Positions 49,738 to 61,724 of a DNA stretch of 64,000 nt are shown here, piece after piece. The stretch lies in assembly GCF_963921235.1 (NCBI RefSeq), contig NC_086097.1, positions 48,920,001-48,984,000 of the forward strand, in the 5' to 3' direction. The translations under genes were made by a program, and so were the position numbers. Source of the stretch: Mobula hypostoma (lineage: Eukaryota). A model generated the notes under the pieces. That model saw only the letters and a program-made list of their open reading frames with translations, was not told the origin of the DNA and made no database searches. Within the stretch, counting starts at the first letter, position 1. Each line of letters opens with the position of its first letter.

Positions 49738-51979
49738 GTAAGGAGGATATTCCCATGGTGCAAATACATTTACAGTCATCAACTTTGATTACTAAAATGC
49801 ACATTTCCTCAATGAAAGCTTCTTACTTAAGCATTATCTACCTGACATGCTGTATTACCATACAAATATTATTAAGCTCTTAATTTTGCCATAACTAATG
49901 ATAATTTTTTAGCTATTCTTATGTATCTTTATAGGACAGAATTCTTCTTTATCTGTATGTACAGCAAGCTCCGAGGTTCCAATTGTCTAAAGATTAATTA
50001 CACAAAGTAACATTGCAGACTGAATTCACTTGGAGTCAAAACCAAGTCAAAGCAAATTGTGGTTCTTTCCATTTTGCTGCTCAGTTCTCCTCAGTATACA
50101 TGCAATTAACTTCCTAAGGTCCACTTTAACATTTCTGCAAAGCAATGCAATATTTTTATAAACCATGGTATGTGTCCCAAATTATTTTACACTTCCTGCT
50201 AGTACCATAAATAAATTTCTTTTCAATAGTGAGTCAACATGATGCTAAATATACAACTTCAAATTAATCTGTTCCTATTGTGTATCATGTTCATGTTTCT
50301 CTGAATTCTATATCTTAACTTCTTTAGGATGACTAAATTTATATCTGGCTTTGCATATTTAATTTCTTTTGAAACCAAATGTGTCCGTGGTATCAGAGAT
50401 CTTTTCTTAGCTTCCGGTGTTAAATATATACAACTGTCAACATCAGGAATACTTTGACATCCCTGAACATACTGCATTGAAGACATTCTGTAATAATTTG
50501 GCATAATCCTAATCATTTATTTGATCCAGATGTTGAAATGCCACAGCTGCAAGTCCAATATAAGTCTAAATTTCAAAGTCATTCTAATGCATGAGCACAT
50601 TTAAACTTTAATAGTGTGATGATATTGACTGTAATGGTATCCCTGCAGCGACAGTGTAAAGTTCTTCATATGTAGTTTCATAATATCTAGAAGAGGAATC
50701 TCACTGGGAGTCTGGAGCTCATTGCAAGGCATAAGAAATCATGTCCTTTAGCTCCAGCTGTTATGTGTATGTGCAAAAAAAAAAGTCCTCGTTATTGCTG
50801 GTCTGAAATTCCTATTGCACTGCAAATGCCAACATCAACCGAGAACCAAACTGAAGTTTTTGATCAGAAACAAGAAAAACAAAATGCAGATGGCAAGCAA
50901 ATTAAATGAATATTTTTTTAAAAACCTGACTGACAAATCACAGGCAGTCATAAAAAGAAAAATAAAATCCCAAACTGCAACCAGAGGTTTCTTAGATATT
51001 GGACCAAGAATTAGTTATCACAGCCAGGATTCGCTGGTGGCATTGAGTGAAACAAAATGCATAAACTGGCCTTTAAAAGAAGTGCTGAAATGGAGATTAT
51101 TACATTTTAAAAGGGTTGTGCTAATTCCTTCTGAGATCCTCATGTAATGATAACATTTATTTAAAACATTGAACATTTATCCTGGTGCACCGTGCATATG
51201 TAAAATGACAGCAAAGCTAATCCCTGACAATAATGTTCATGCATTGTAATTATCTCTTCTGTGCCTTTCGATGCACAAATCAGTCCAGCTGCTCTCTGAA
51301 GCTTACCATCAGGGTTTGTATTCAATTCCCAGGGTCTGTCATACATTTCTGATACTCTGAGACATCAACTCATCTTCCTGTCATTTTGTGCTATCACCTA
51401 CGAAGCTATTCTACAATAAGGTTTATCTTAAAAGCACAACATAATCATCATCTTCCTCACCATCGGAAAATATAAATGCTTTATGATTCACTAATAAATC
51501 CACCCAAACATTATTGGTTATTTTTCGATCCGTAGTCTCGTTTCATGGAATATTTATGAATTGGCTTTTGTGATGATAATGATTTTCCTAATTGTGTGTT
51601 TCATATTGGTTTGCAAATATGTAGGATGAAATGGTAGTTAAATGTCCCAGTGCAATATCTAAATATATGTTGCTAGATTTGTTGTTAACATGCTTCCTAT
51701 TTCCTTGTCTCATATTCAAACTTGTTTTCATGTTTTCATTTCTGAGCCAGAGTAAATAGAATACACGGCCAGTAGTAGATCAATTAAAAATATCACCCAT
51801 TGGAAATAAATACTGTAATAGTTCTGCAGCATTAAATCTTGCGACGAGTGGGTTTACTTTACATGAGGAGATATTGTGGGTTTGGTTAATAATCAGCCTC
51901 CACGGGCACTATCAAGAGATAACAGTAGGTGTTTTGATTTCTGGTAAGTTTATGCAGATATTAGAAAACAAGACGTTAT

Positions 51980-52225
51980 TTAATTAATTAATTGAGATAC
52001 AGTCGGGAATAGGCCCTTCCAGCCCTTCGATCTGCGACACCCAGCAACCACTAATTTAACCCTAGCCTAATCACTGGACAATTTATAGTGACTGGTATGT
52101 CTTTGGACTGTGGGAGGAAACCAGAGCACCCAGAGGAAACCTATGTGGTAGTTGGGAGAATGGACCAACTCCTTACAGAAAGTGGTGGGAACTGAACCGG
52201 GGTCAGTAAAGAATCATGCCACCAT
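51980..52225 (-). mobile_element. V-SINE
   Basis: CTTTGGACTGTGGGAGGAAACCAGAGCACCCAGAGGAAAC is the reverse-complement V-domain. Confidence 0.8.
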
Positions 52226-53131
52226 ATATCAAATAAAAAGGAGTCTACTGGCTAAACTAGGATGTTCAAAATTGTTCAAAACTTCAAAATAGGGTATTTT
52301 AATCAACCATCTTAACATGGTGAACTGAACCATGAGGAAAGAAACAAACTTACTACCTCTTTATACTTTTTATTTCTTTTTATGATCGGCCTAGATTTGT
52401 CTTTGGACCTGTGTCGGTGTAATTGAAGCAGAGTAGGTGACTGAGTCATTATTTAAGCTACATATTTTCTGGAAAACTTCCCTTTACACTGATCAAAACA
52501 GAAAGGAATGACCGTATTTCTTCTCTGTTCAAAACAATGGCAACGTCCATTTTCTCAAAATTGAAGCTGCCATTTTGTGACACTATAGTTGAGACCTAAA
52601 CATAAAGGCCCTAGCAACCTGGTAACATGACGTACAGCTCCGTGATTGGAATGAAAACTGAAGGCCTCAAAATCAAATTCTATTCTGTGGCATTGTTGAC
52701 TTTACTTTGAAGTGTGCTGGACCATTTTGTAATGTTAATTCTCCTGGGAAGGCTTCATCAGTTTCAAATCAATGAAGGATTTTAATCATTTGTTTATTGG
52801 GCCAAACCTTGCTAGGAAAATAACTGAGTAAATGATGCGTAATGTCATTAATGTGTAGATTCACTGGCAAATTCAGTGAGTGAAGAGATACAGTCTGGCT
52901 TAGAAACCGTCAGCACATCAACTCATGTTGCTCTGTTTAAATGGCTTCTCACCCTGAGCTCTCCTGTGAATTTTCTTTTTAAATTGATGGATTTACAGAT
53001 AACTAGCACATTGAAGTTGTGGCAGAATGTTAGGATTCATGATTAATAAAATATATTTTAACAGCACATTAATTGCTAATGTAATTCTAACTAATTTCTC
53101 TGGCCCAGAAAAAGAACACTTTAATTTTCTC

Positions 53132-53342
53132 ATAAACACAAGAGATTTTGCAGATGGAAATCTCGAGGACACACACAAAGTGCTAGAGGAACTCAACAAG
53201 TTAGGCCGCTTCCGTGGGGAGAAATAAATAGTTGACATTTTGGCCAAGACCCTTCAGTGGGACTGAAACATCAACTGTTTATTCCTCTCCATAGATGCTG
53301 CCAAACCTGCTGAGTTTGTCCACACATCGTGTGTGTTCTCGA
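53132..53342. mobile_element. Older fold-back Penelope-derived mini-element
   Basis: Minus pLTR end to ...GACCCTTCAGTGGGACTG, then plus GAAACATCAACTG...AGATGCTGCC...CTGCTGAGTT. Confidence 0.7.
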
Positions 53343-53556
53343 TTTTTTTCTATCTCATTTTAGTCTGCAGTAAGTTGTAGTTAAATAAAAATTCACCGAT
53401 TTATTTCACCAACCCCATCTATTTTTTTTAATCCAGTCAGACTGTGTATAATTGACACAAACACGAGGAATTCTTCAGATGCTGGAAATTCAAGCAACAC
53501 ACATCAAAGTTGCTGGTGAACGCAGCAGGCCAGTCAGCATCTCTAGGAAGAGGTAC

Positions 53557-53592
53557 AGTCGACATTTCGGGTCAAGACCCTTCGTCAGGACT
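53557..53592 (-). ncRNA. Minimal type-I hammerhead ribozyme
   Basis: AGTC-CTGACGA-AGGGTCTTGACCC-GAAATGTC-GACT. Confidence 0.75.
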
Positions 53593-54080
53593 AACTGAAG
53601 GAAGAGTTAGTAAGAGATTTGAAAGTGGGAGGGGGAGGGGGAGATCCAAAATGATAGGAGAAGGCAGGAGGGGGAGGGATGGAACCAAGAGCTGGACAGG
53701 TGATTGGCAAAAGGGATACGAGAGGATCATGGGACAGGAGGCGCAGATGGCATGAACATTGACTTCTCTAACTTCCGCTAATGCCCCACCTCCCCCTCGT
53801 ACCCCATCCGTTATTTATTTATATACACACATACTTTCTCTCTCTCTCCTTTTTCTCCCTCTGTCCCTCTGACTATACCCCTTGCCCATCTTCTGGATTT
53901 TTCCCCCCTCCCCCTTTTCTTTCTCCCTAGGCCTCCTGTCCCATGATCCTCTCATATCCCTTTTGCCAATCACCTGTCCAGCTCTTGGCTCCATCCCTCC
54001 CCCTCCTGTCTTCTCCTATCATTTTGGATCTCCCCCTCCCCGTCTCACTTTCAAATCTCTTACTCACTCTTCCTTCAGTT

Positions 54081-54116
54081 AGTCCTGACGAAGGGTCTCG
54101 GCCCGAAACGTCGACT
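54081..54116 (+). ncRNA. Minimal type-I hammerhead ribozyme, best copy
   Basis: AGTC-CTGACGA-A-GGGT-CTCG-GCCC-GAAACGTC-GACT; predicted cleavage after C54112. Confidence 0.85.
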
Positions 54117-54259
54117 GTACCTCTTCCTAGAGATGCTGCCTGGCCTGCTGCGCTCACCAGCAACTTTGATGTGCGTTGTGTATAATTGATTTGTCTCTGA
54201 TTCATTCTCTTTCACTGTTATTTCTCTTCATTCACAATAAGTCAGTCAAGGATCTACAC

Positions 54260-54552
54260 TAGATCTAGAGGTCATAGGTCAAGGGAAAAAGGTGAGATAG
54301 TAAGGGAACCTTAACGGGAACTTAATCATTCAGAGGTTGATGTGAGTCTGGAACGAGCTGTCAGCAGAATGGTGGATGCAAGTTCAATTACAATATTTAA
54401 GAGAAGTGTGGATAGGGTTGTGGATGACAGCAGTATGGAGGGCTATGGTCCAGGTGCAGGTCGGATGGAACAAGGCAGAATAACAATTTGGCATTGACTA
54501 GATGGGCCAAAGGGCCTGTTTCTGTGCCATAGTGATCCATGACTATGACTAT
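54260..54552 (+). mobile_element. CR1 3' end
   Basis: CTAGAGGTCATAGG...GATGGGCCAAAGGGCCTGTTTCTGTGC...(ATGACT)n. Confidence 0.8.
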
Positions 54553-55426
54553 CAAGCCCATCGCCTGTTAAGATCACAGATGCTTCACTCTCTTCCAAAT
54601 TAGTTCAGGTCCTGCATGATAGAATATAAACTACAACACAACTAGAGGGCAATAAATGTCTAATACTGCATGCCATAAGACTGAAGGTTTGATCCAATTA
54701 ATAATCTAGTTAGCTATCTTAAATAACATCCATGATTCTTCTATTTTAAAAAGACAAGTATTAAAAACAACATTCAATCATCGATTAAAATGTACTTACA
54801 CTGCAATGCGAACTATCCTGTGCTCCTGATAAAGGTCCTGTTAAATCACTGGTTCGTAGCCAGAATTGGAAGTATTGATCTGCAGACATGAGCTCAAAGC
54901 CTAGCAGCCAGGTAATATAGGTACAAGAAATCAAATAAACCAGGAATTAATAAAATCAATTGTATTAAAAGGTTGATTAGCAGTCTTGAAACACAAAAAA
55001 ATGTCCTATCAATGTTATCCATGAAGCTACTGGCTCACATTTCTGATGTGCTTTAAGCACCAACATCTGCCAAACTGATCCAGTTTGGCCTATGTGTGAC
55101 TCGCAACCCACTGTGGTGAACAACTGTATCAAAATGAGGGTGGGAATAAATGCTGGGATTATCAGTTTCAGTGCAACCTGTGAATAAATTAATCAGAAAT
55201 ATAATTTCTTAGATTTACAATGAGTGCATATGAACAGTGAGAAGCATTCCAGTCAGGAAATCAAGAAAAGTTAGCCATGGTAGGCAGTGCAAACAACACC
55301 AATCTGGAAAGATATGAACAAATTATTCAGTTCAGATCAAACTGCTATGATTAGTACATTTAAGCAACACACATAAAAGTTGCTGGTGAACACAGCAGGC
55401 CAAGCAGCATCTCTAGGAAGAGGTGC

Positions 55427-55462
55427 AGTCGACGTTTCAGGCCGAGACCCTTCGTCAGGACT
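55427..55462 (-). ncRNA. Minimal type-I hammerhead ribozyme
   Basis: AGTC-CTGACGA-AGGGTCTCGGCCT-GAAACGTC-GACT. Confidence 0.8.
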
Positions 55463-55752
55463 AACTGAAGGAAGAGTGAGTAAGGGATTTGAAAGTTGGA
55501 GGGGGAGGGGGAGATCCAAAATGATAGGAGAAGACAGGAGGGGGAGGGATAGAGCCAAGAGCTGGACAGGTGATAGGCAAAAGGGATACGAGAGGATCAT
55601 GGGACAGGAGGTCCAGGAAGAAAGACAAGGGGGGGGACCCAGAGGATGGGCAAGGGGTATATTCAGAGGGACAGAGGGAGAAAAAGGAGAGTGAGAGAAA
55701 GAATGTGTGTATAAAATAAGTAACAGATGGGGTACGAGGGGGAGGTGGGGCA

Positions 55753-56034
55753 TTAGCGGAAGTTAGAGAAGTCGATGTTCATGCCATCAGGTTGGAGGCT
55801 ACCCAGACGGAATATAAGGTGTTGTTCCTCCAACCTGAGTGTGGCTTCATCTTTACAGTAGAGGAGGCCGTGGATAGACATGTCAGAATGGGAATGGGAT
55901 GTGGAATTAAAATGTGTGGCCACTGGGAGATCCTGCTTTCTCTGGCGGACAGAGCGTAGGTGTTCAGCAAAGTGGTTTCCCAGTCTGCGTCGGGTCTCGC
56001 CAATATATAAAAGGTCACATCGGGAGCACCGGAC
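55753..56034 (-). pseudogene. GIY-YIG endonuclease C-terminal fragment of a Penelope-like ORF
   Basis: CSRCDLLYIGETRRRLGNHFAEHLRSV...VATHFN...LEEQHLIFRLGSLQPDGMN. Confidence 0.85.
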
Positions 56035-56269
56035 GCTCGAATGCACCTCTTCCTAGAGATGCTGCCTGGCCTACTGCGTTCACCAGCAACTTTTATGTGT
56101 GTTGCTTTAATTTCCAGCATCTGCAGAATTCCTGTTGATTAGTACATTTGTTCAGTTTCAAAAGCTTTTGGCAATCATAATACCTTCTTAATTCTTGTAT
56201 CTCAACCCTATTTCAATCTTACTCACCCGACTTGGAACATTTAGCAGTAAAGTATTGTCCATTTTTATC

Positions 56270-58566
56270 AGCCGAGTGAGTTTTCTGCTGTCATCCTGGT
56301 AGCAGTGTACTACACATTCCACCTCAGGCCAATGTCTGACAGGCTCTGGAGGAGCTGAGCACCGAGATCAGCATTCATGAAACAGCACACCCTGATTCCT
56401 TCCCTAACCAGGCGAACTTGAAGAAGTCTCTGAACAACTACCACCAACATATCACCTGTGGAACCAGAGGCGCCAACACACTTGACCACAGTTTTACCAT
56501 CATCAAGAATGCATACCGTGCCATCCCACAGCTACGCTTTGGCAAGTCTGATCACATGCCTGTACTTCTACTCCTGGCAAACAGACCGAGACTAAAGACC
56601 ACAGCACCAGTGGTGAGAGCCAAGAAGGTATGGTCAAGGGAGGCGGAGGGATGCTCACAGGACTGCTTTCAGTCAATGGACTGGACAATATTCAGGGGTG
56701 CATCTTGGAATCTGAATGAATACGCCACAGTTGTCACTGACTTCATCAAGGTCTGTGTGGATGAGTGTGTGCCTTCAAGAACATACCAGACATATCCAAA
56801 CCAGAAGTGGTGGATGAACCAGGAGATTAGTAGACTGCTGAAGTCTTGATCTCTGGCAGCAAAATACAGTGATCCAGAACTATATAAGAAGTCCAGATAT
56901 GACCTTCAGAAGTCTATTTTAAGAGCAAAATAAAACAATTCCAGTTGAAGTTAGAGATGGAATCAAATGCATGTCAACTCTGGCAGGGTTTGCAGGCCAT
57001 AACTTCTTACAAGGTAAAAGATAACATCATCAATGGCTGTGATGCTTCACTCCCAGATCAGCTCAACACCTTTTATGTAAAGGGAGAATGAAACTACATC
57101 TGTGAGAATCCCTGTAGCATCTGGTGACCTTGTGATCTCTGTCTCGGAGGCTGACCTGAGAACATCTTTCAAGAGGGTGAATCCTCTCAAGGCATCAGGC
57201 CCTGATAGTCTACCTGGGAGGGAGCTGAAAACTTGTGCCAACTAACTGATGGGAGTGTTCAAGGACATCTTCGATCTCTCACTGCTACAGTCGGAGATTT
57301 CCACCTGCTTTAAAAGGCAGCAGTCATACCAGTGCCCAAGAAGAGCAGGTTGAGCTGCCTCAATGACTATAGACCAATTGCACTCAGATCAACTGAGACA
57401 TGGTGCTTTAAGATGTTGGTTATGGCGAGAATCAACTCTCACCTAAGCCAGGACCTGAACCCACTGCAATCTCACTAGCTTTCTACTCGACCTTGGATAC
57501 CTACATCAGACTGCTGTTTATTGATTACAGCTCAGCGTTCAACACCATCATACTCTCAGTTCTAATCAACAAGCTCCAAAACCTGGGTCTCTACCTCCCT
57601 CTGCAATTGGATCCTTGACTTCCTTATCAGAAGACCACAGTCGGTGTGGATCAGAAATCACATCTCATCTTCACTGAAAATCAACACTGGTCCACCTCTA
57701 GGATGTGTGCTTAGCCCACTGTTCTACTCTCTGTACACCCACAACTGCATGGCTAGGCACAGCTCAAATTCTGTCTATAAATTTGCCAATGACACAATTA
57801 TTGTTGGCAGAATTTTAGATGGTGATGGGGAGACCGGTTGAGTGGTCTCGTTACAACAACCTTGTCAAAGTCAGTAAGACTAAAGAATTAATTGTGGACT
57901 TAAGGAAGGGGAAGTCAAGGGAACACACACCAGCCCTTAAGGGATCAGCGGTGGAAAGAATGAGCAGTTTCAGCTTCCTTGGTGTCAACACCCCAGGCCC
58001 AACAGCTTGATGCAATTACAAAGAAGGCATGACAGTGGCTATATTACATCAGGAGTTTGAGGAGACTTGGCATGACACCAAAGACTCTCTTAAATTTCGA
58101 CAGATGTATCGTAGAAATCATTCTAACTGGTTGCGTCACCATCTGGTACGGAGGGGCAACTGCACAGGATCAGAAAAAGCTGCAGAAAGTTGTAAACTCA
58201 GCCAGCTCCATCATGTGCACTAGCATCGAGGACGTCTTCAAAACGTGATGCTTCAAAAAGGCGGCATCCATCATTAAGGGCCCCTATCACCCAGAGTGTG
58301 CCCTCTTCTCACTGCTACCATCAAGCAGGAGGAAAAGGAACGTGAAGACACAAATTCTACACTTTAGAAACAGCTTTTGCCGTCAGATTTGTGAATGGAC
58401 AATGAACCCATATGCAGACTACCTCAATATTTTGTTCTCTTTTTTTTTGCTTTATTTATTTATTTTATTTTTTAAAAATATACTTCTTATAAATTATAGT
58501 TTTTTATTATTATGTATTGCTGCCATATGACATATGGCTGTGATATTAAACCTGATTGTGATTCTA
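56270..58566 (+). mobile_element. Degenerate Rex1/Babar-type LINE
   Basis: Endonuclease (TRGANTLDH, FGKSDH), RT ([24 protein letters not shown]) with many stops; tail ATTAAACCTGATTGTGATTCT. Confidence 0.88.
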
Positions 58567-59463
58567 TCACAACATTAAAGAGATTCTGCTGAAACCTTAA
58601 TAAGATCACTGCAATTTTTTTCCTGTCAAATAACTTAGTATGAACTTTAGCTATCTGTGGCCTGTTTACCATGGAACAGTCATAAGGCTTTTTTTGGCAA
58701 AGTTGCACTGAATTTCAAGAGGGAAAACAGCACAGCATGAGAACTGGGTGCTTATTTATCTGTAAGAGATGGATAGCAGGGCTGAGGTGCCGATTGCACT
58801 ATGGGAACTGCTCTATTTGTCTGTTTTCACAGTTTAAAGACCATGTCATGTCAGCAGTCCCATAGTGAAGATAATCTGCAACCCACAACCCAAAATGACA
58901 AACGGGTCCTGAATCGATCATTATCTTTCCACTTGGTCTGACTAACGTGAAAATCACCAACTGTTCATTTCAAAGAAAACACAGCTGCAAATGTCACAAA
59001 TACCATTAGGGTTTTTTTTAAAAAGATGATCATATTACAAAATTAGACTGCAGTTGCAAGTTGTTAATTTTGCAACTCACGATTGAAGCTCGGGAGATGA
59101 GGCCTTGCTAGCACTTAGCTCTGAATTGCATCATTGTTAGACCACTATTAAACATGACAGTCTAAGACTTGGTTAAATGCAATTTGGTGCTATTGGTTTA
59201 GAACAAGCATGAGAAAGTAGTCGGGATACAAAGGACTTGACATCAATTATTGAAGCCAATTCAGTATTATGTGAAGGAAATGGAGAAAGTGGCAATCAAT
59301 AGGATTGTGTTTTGGTTCTGTTCTGTCCAATTTCTCCAGCTGCCAGTGAAAATCCAGACCATACATAATTTTAAACACTGACTTGATCAGCTTTATGCAT
59401 AGTCACGTGTTAGTTATGGATTTGCCGTTTGTATCAGGGAGTTGCCATGCCATCTCCATGGTA

Positions 59464-59815
59464 TACAGTACTGTGCATTTTTAAAATCTGAGTGACGATG
59501 TTTTCAAAAATAATGAAATGAAAAGTTTCTAAATATCAAAAAATGACTAAAGAGAGTAAACAGTGAAAAAAAGCTAAATCAAATCAATATTTGGTGTGAT
59601 CATCCTTTACCTTTAAAACTGCTTCAATTCTCAGGTATAGTGTTGTGCGGGTATATAAGAAAATTGGCTAGTAGTTTGTTCCAAGCATCTTGGAGAGATT
59701 GCCACAGTTCTTCTGCAGACTTTGGCTGTCTCACTTGCTTCACTCTCTCTACAGGTAATCCCAGATAACCTCGATGATGTTGAGATCAGGGCTCTGTGGA
59801 GGCCATTCCATCCAA
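59464..59815 (-). mobile_element. Tc1/mariner transposon end fragment
   Basis: TA+CAGTACTGTGCA terminus at 59464; transposase motif MEWPPQSPDLNIIEVIWDYL on minus strand. Confidence 0.85.
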
Positions 59816-60212
59816 AACCGTATAAAAATCCAGGGTGCCCAGGTATCTTGCACAGGATGGTATATCAGCATGTTTAATTTGCTTTGCACACTGTTCAATT
59901 TGCCCGTTTTTGCTAACTTCAAGCCAGCTGAAGAACAAAAGCCATGGCAAAGCAAGCTGCTAGCCAAATGACCTGTATCTATCAGATATTATTGGAATAT
60001 ATGCCGAGCTGTTTGTGCTGCCCGTTGTTCATATGCAAAGGACCACTAAGAATGACTGCATAACTTCCTTTATGGATTTGCCTTAGCTGAATGGTCTATT
60101 TAACTGCTTAATTATATTTTCCTGAACGGCTGCAAAAGGACACCTGTGGTGTGTTTCTCAGGCCAGCTCTCTGATTTAACCAGGTCAATGGCATAGTTAT
60201 CTATCATCGCTG

Positions 60213-60500
60213 TTTAGCGTAAACTAGCTGCGAAAAGAAAACAAAATTAAGCAAAAATGCTGTAGCAACTTAATTGAAAAATACATGATGGACTCATTTA
60301 ACTAGCAATCAGATGGGCTTTCACAGAACTATTATGTGTTAATAAAGGACTGATCGCTTAGTATAAATAAGCGGCAAGAAGAAATAAAGCAAAATTAAAC
60401 AAAAGATGCTGCAGCAACTTAATTAAAAATACATGATGGACCCAATTAACCAGCAATCAGATGCTGGTCACAGAACTATTATGTATTAAGGCAGGACCAA
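60213..60500. repeat. Diverged two-copy tandem duplication, period about 145-150 bp
   Basis: GCAACTTAATT.AAAATACATGATGGAC...AGCAATCAGATG...TCACAGAACTATTATGT.TTAA occurs twice. Confidence 0.85.
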
Positions 60501-61329
60501 TTGTTTCCCATTTAAACGTGCAAAGTGGCCCAATTAGTAGAAAATCCACCACCTGCAGATTTTTCAAACACAAATCTATCTATATCCAACATTTTCCAAG
60601 GTACAATAGTGCAAGAATAAAAAGTTCAAATTTCTTTATCTGGGTATTGCAGTTCTTGAAAATACATCTTAAAGAAATAGAAGTTTATACATAAATACAT
60701 ATATTGTATTAAAGCCACACTTTAAATTTGCATCATATTGAACAAGGATTACATATTGACCAATTTATATTTAATGAAACAAAATTAGCTATGACAAAAC
60801 CAATAAGGGTACAAAACATTATGAAGAATGAATTTTTTGCAGATTTGCAGGCTGTATAAGATGAGTGTTTATCCTATTTCTGCACACAGATGAATATAAT
60901 TCACCAGAAAGGTTACAAATGGTGTATCTGAAGTGCATAATAAATAAAACAGAGATAAAACGTTCCTTTTTATCTGGTTTTATCTGTGTTTTATTTATGC
61001 ACTAAATTAAAGTTACGCTTGTTTATATCAGGTAATTGAAATTAAATTGCATGCTGACAATTGTAGATGATTTTCTGGTACAGTAAAGCTAAAAATAAAT
61101 CAGGCAAGGCTACTGTACAACTCTCCTGAATCCACAAAACTGAACAGCAACTGTGGGATTTTTAGGATGCAAATTTAAACATGTATATTTTGAAGTTGCT
61201 CTTATTGAGCCGGTACATTAATTCAGCCTGTGCTGCTTACAAAATTACTGCCATCCAACTGTAAAACACCATGAAAAACTTACCTAACTACCTCAGGGCA
61301 AAGTTAAGCCTTAACGCCATAGAGGTAAA

Positions 61330-61700
61330 TTCAGAGGGACAGAGGGAGAAAAAGGAGAGTGAGAGAAAGAATGTGTGTCCGGGAAGAAAGATAAGGAGGG
61401 GTGTCCCTCTGAATATACCCCTTGCCCATCCTCTGGGTCACCCCCCCCCTCTTTCTTCCCGGACCTCCTGTCCCATGATCCTCTCATATCCCCTTTTGCC
61501 TATCACCTGTCCAGCTCTCGGCTCTATCCCTCCCCTCCTGTCTTCTCCTATCATTTTGGATCTCCCCCTCCCCCTCCAACTTTCAAATCCCTTACTCACT
61601 CTTCCTTCAGTTAGTCCTGACTAAGTGTCTCGGCCTGAAACGTCGACTGCACCTCTTCCTACAGATGCTGCTTGGCCTGCTGCGTTCACCAGCAACTTTG
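61330..61700 (+). mobile_element. Penelope-like pLTR with rearranged inverted 5' pieces and mutated hammerhead (61613-61648)
   Basis: Matches 55380-55710; core reads CTGACTA instead of CTGACGA. Confidence 0.88.
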
Positions 61701-61724
61701 AAGGATTTTCTCATGTTGAATTTG

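Larger units (their letters stand above)
53456..54176. mobile_element. Young Penelope-like insertion with inverted pLTRs
   Basis: Minus pLTR 53456-53742, then ORF end DGMNIDFSNFR* and plus pLTR; 13 bp TSD TGTGTATAATTGA (53443-53455, 54177-54189). Confidence 0.92.
55362..56135 (-). mobile_element. Young truncated Penelope-like element with inverted pLTR piece
   Basis: GIY-YIG ORF plus pLTR on minus strand, plus-strand pLTR piece 56037-56135; 14 bp TSD TGATTAGTACATTT (55348-55361, 56136-56149). Confidence 0.92.

Noticed and set aside
48866..51346. Short ORFs in the repeat-poor region
   Set aside because: 60-110 aa, no recognisable domain, lengths expected by chance
54797..54900. Possible minus-strand micro-exon ending in GTAAGT (MSADQYFQFWLRTSDL...)
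   Set aside because: Weak acceptor, unrecognised peptide, no partner exons found
53510..55753. Several near-identical ORFs (AAGQAASLGRGTVDVSGRDPSSG / MILSYPFC...SPDEGSRPETST)
   Set aside because: Translations of the repeated pLTR; the recurring PDEGSRPET is simply the hammerhead core read as codons
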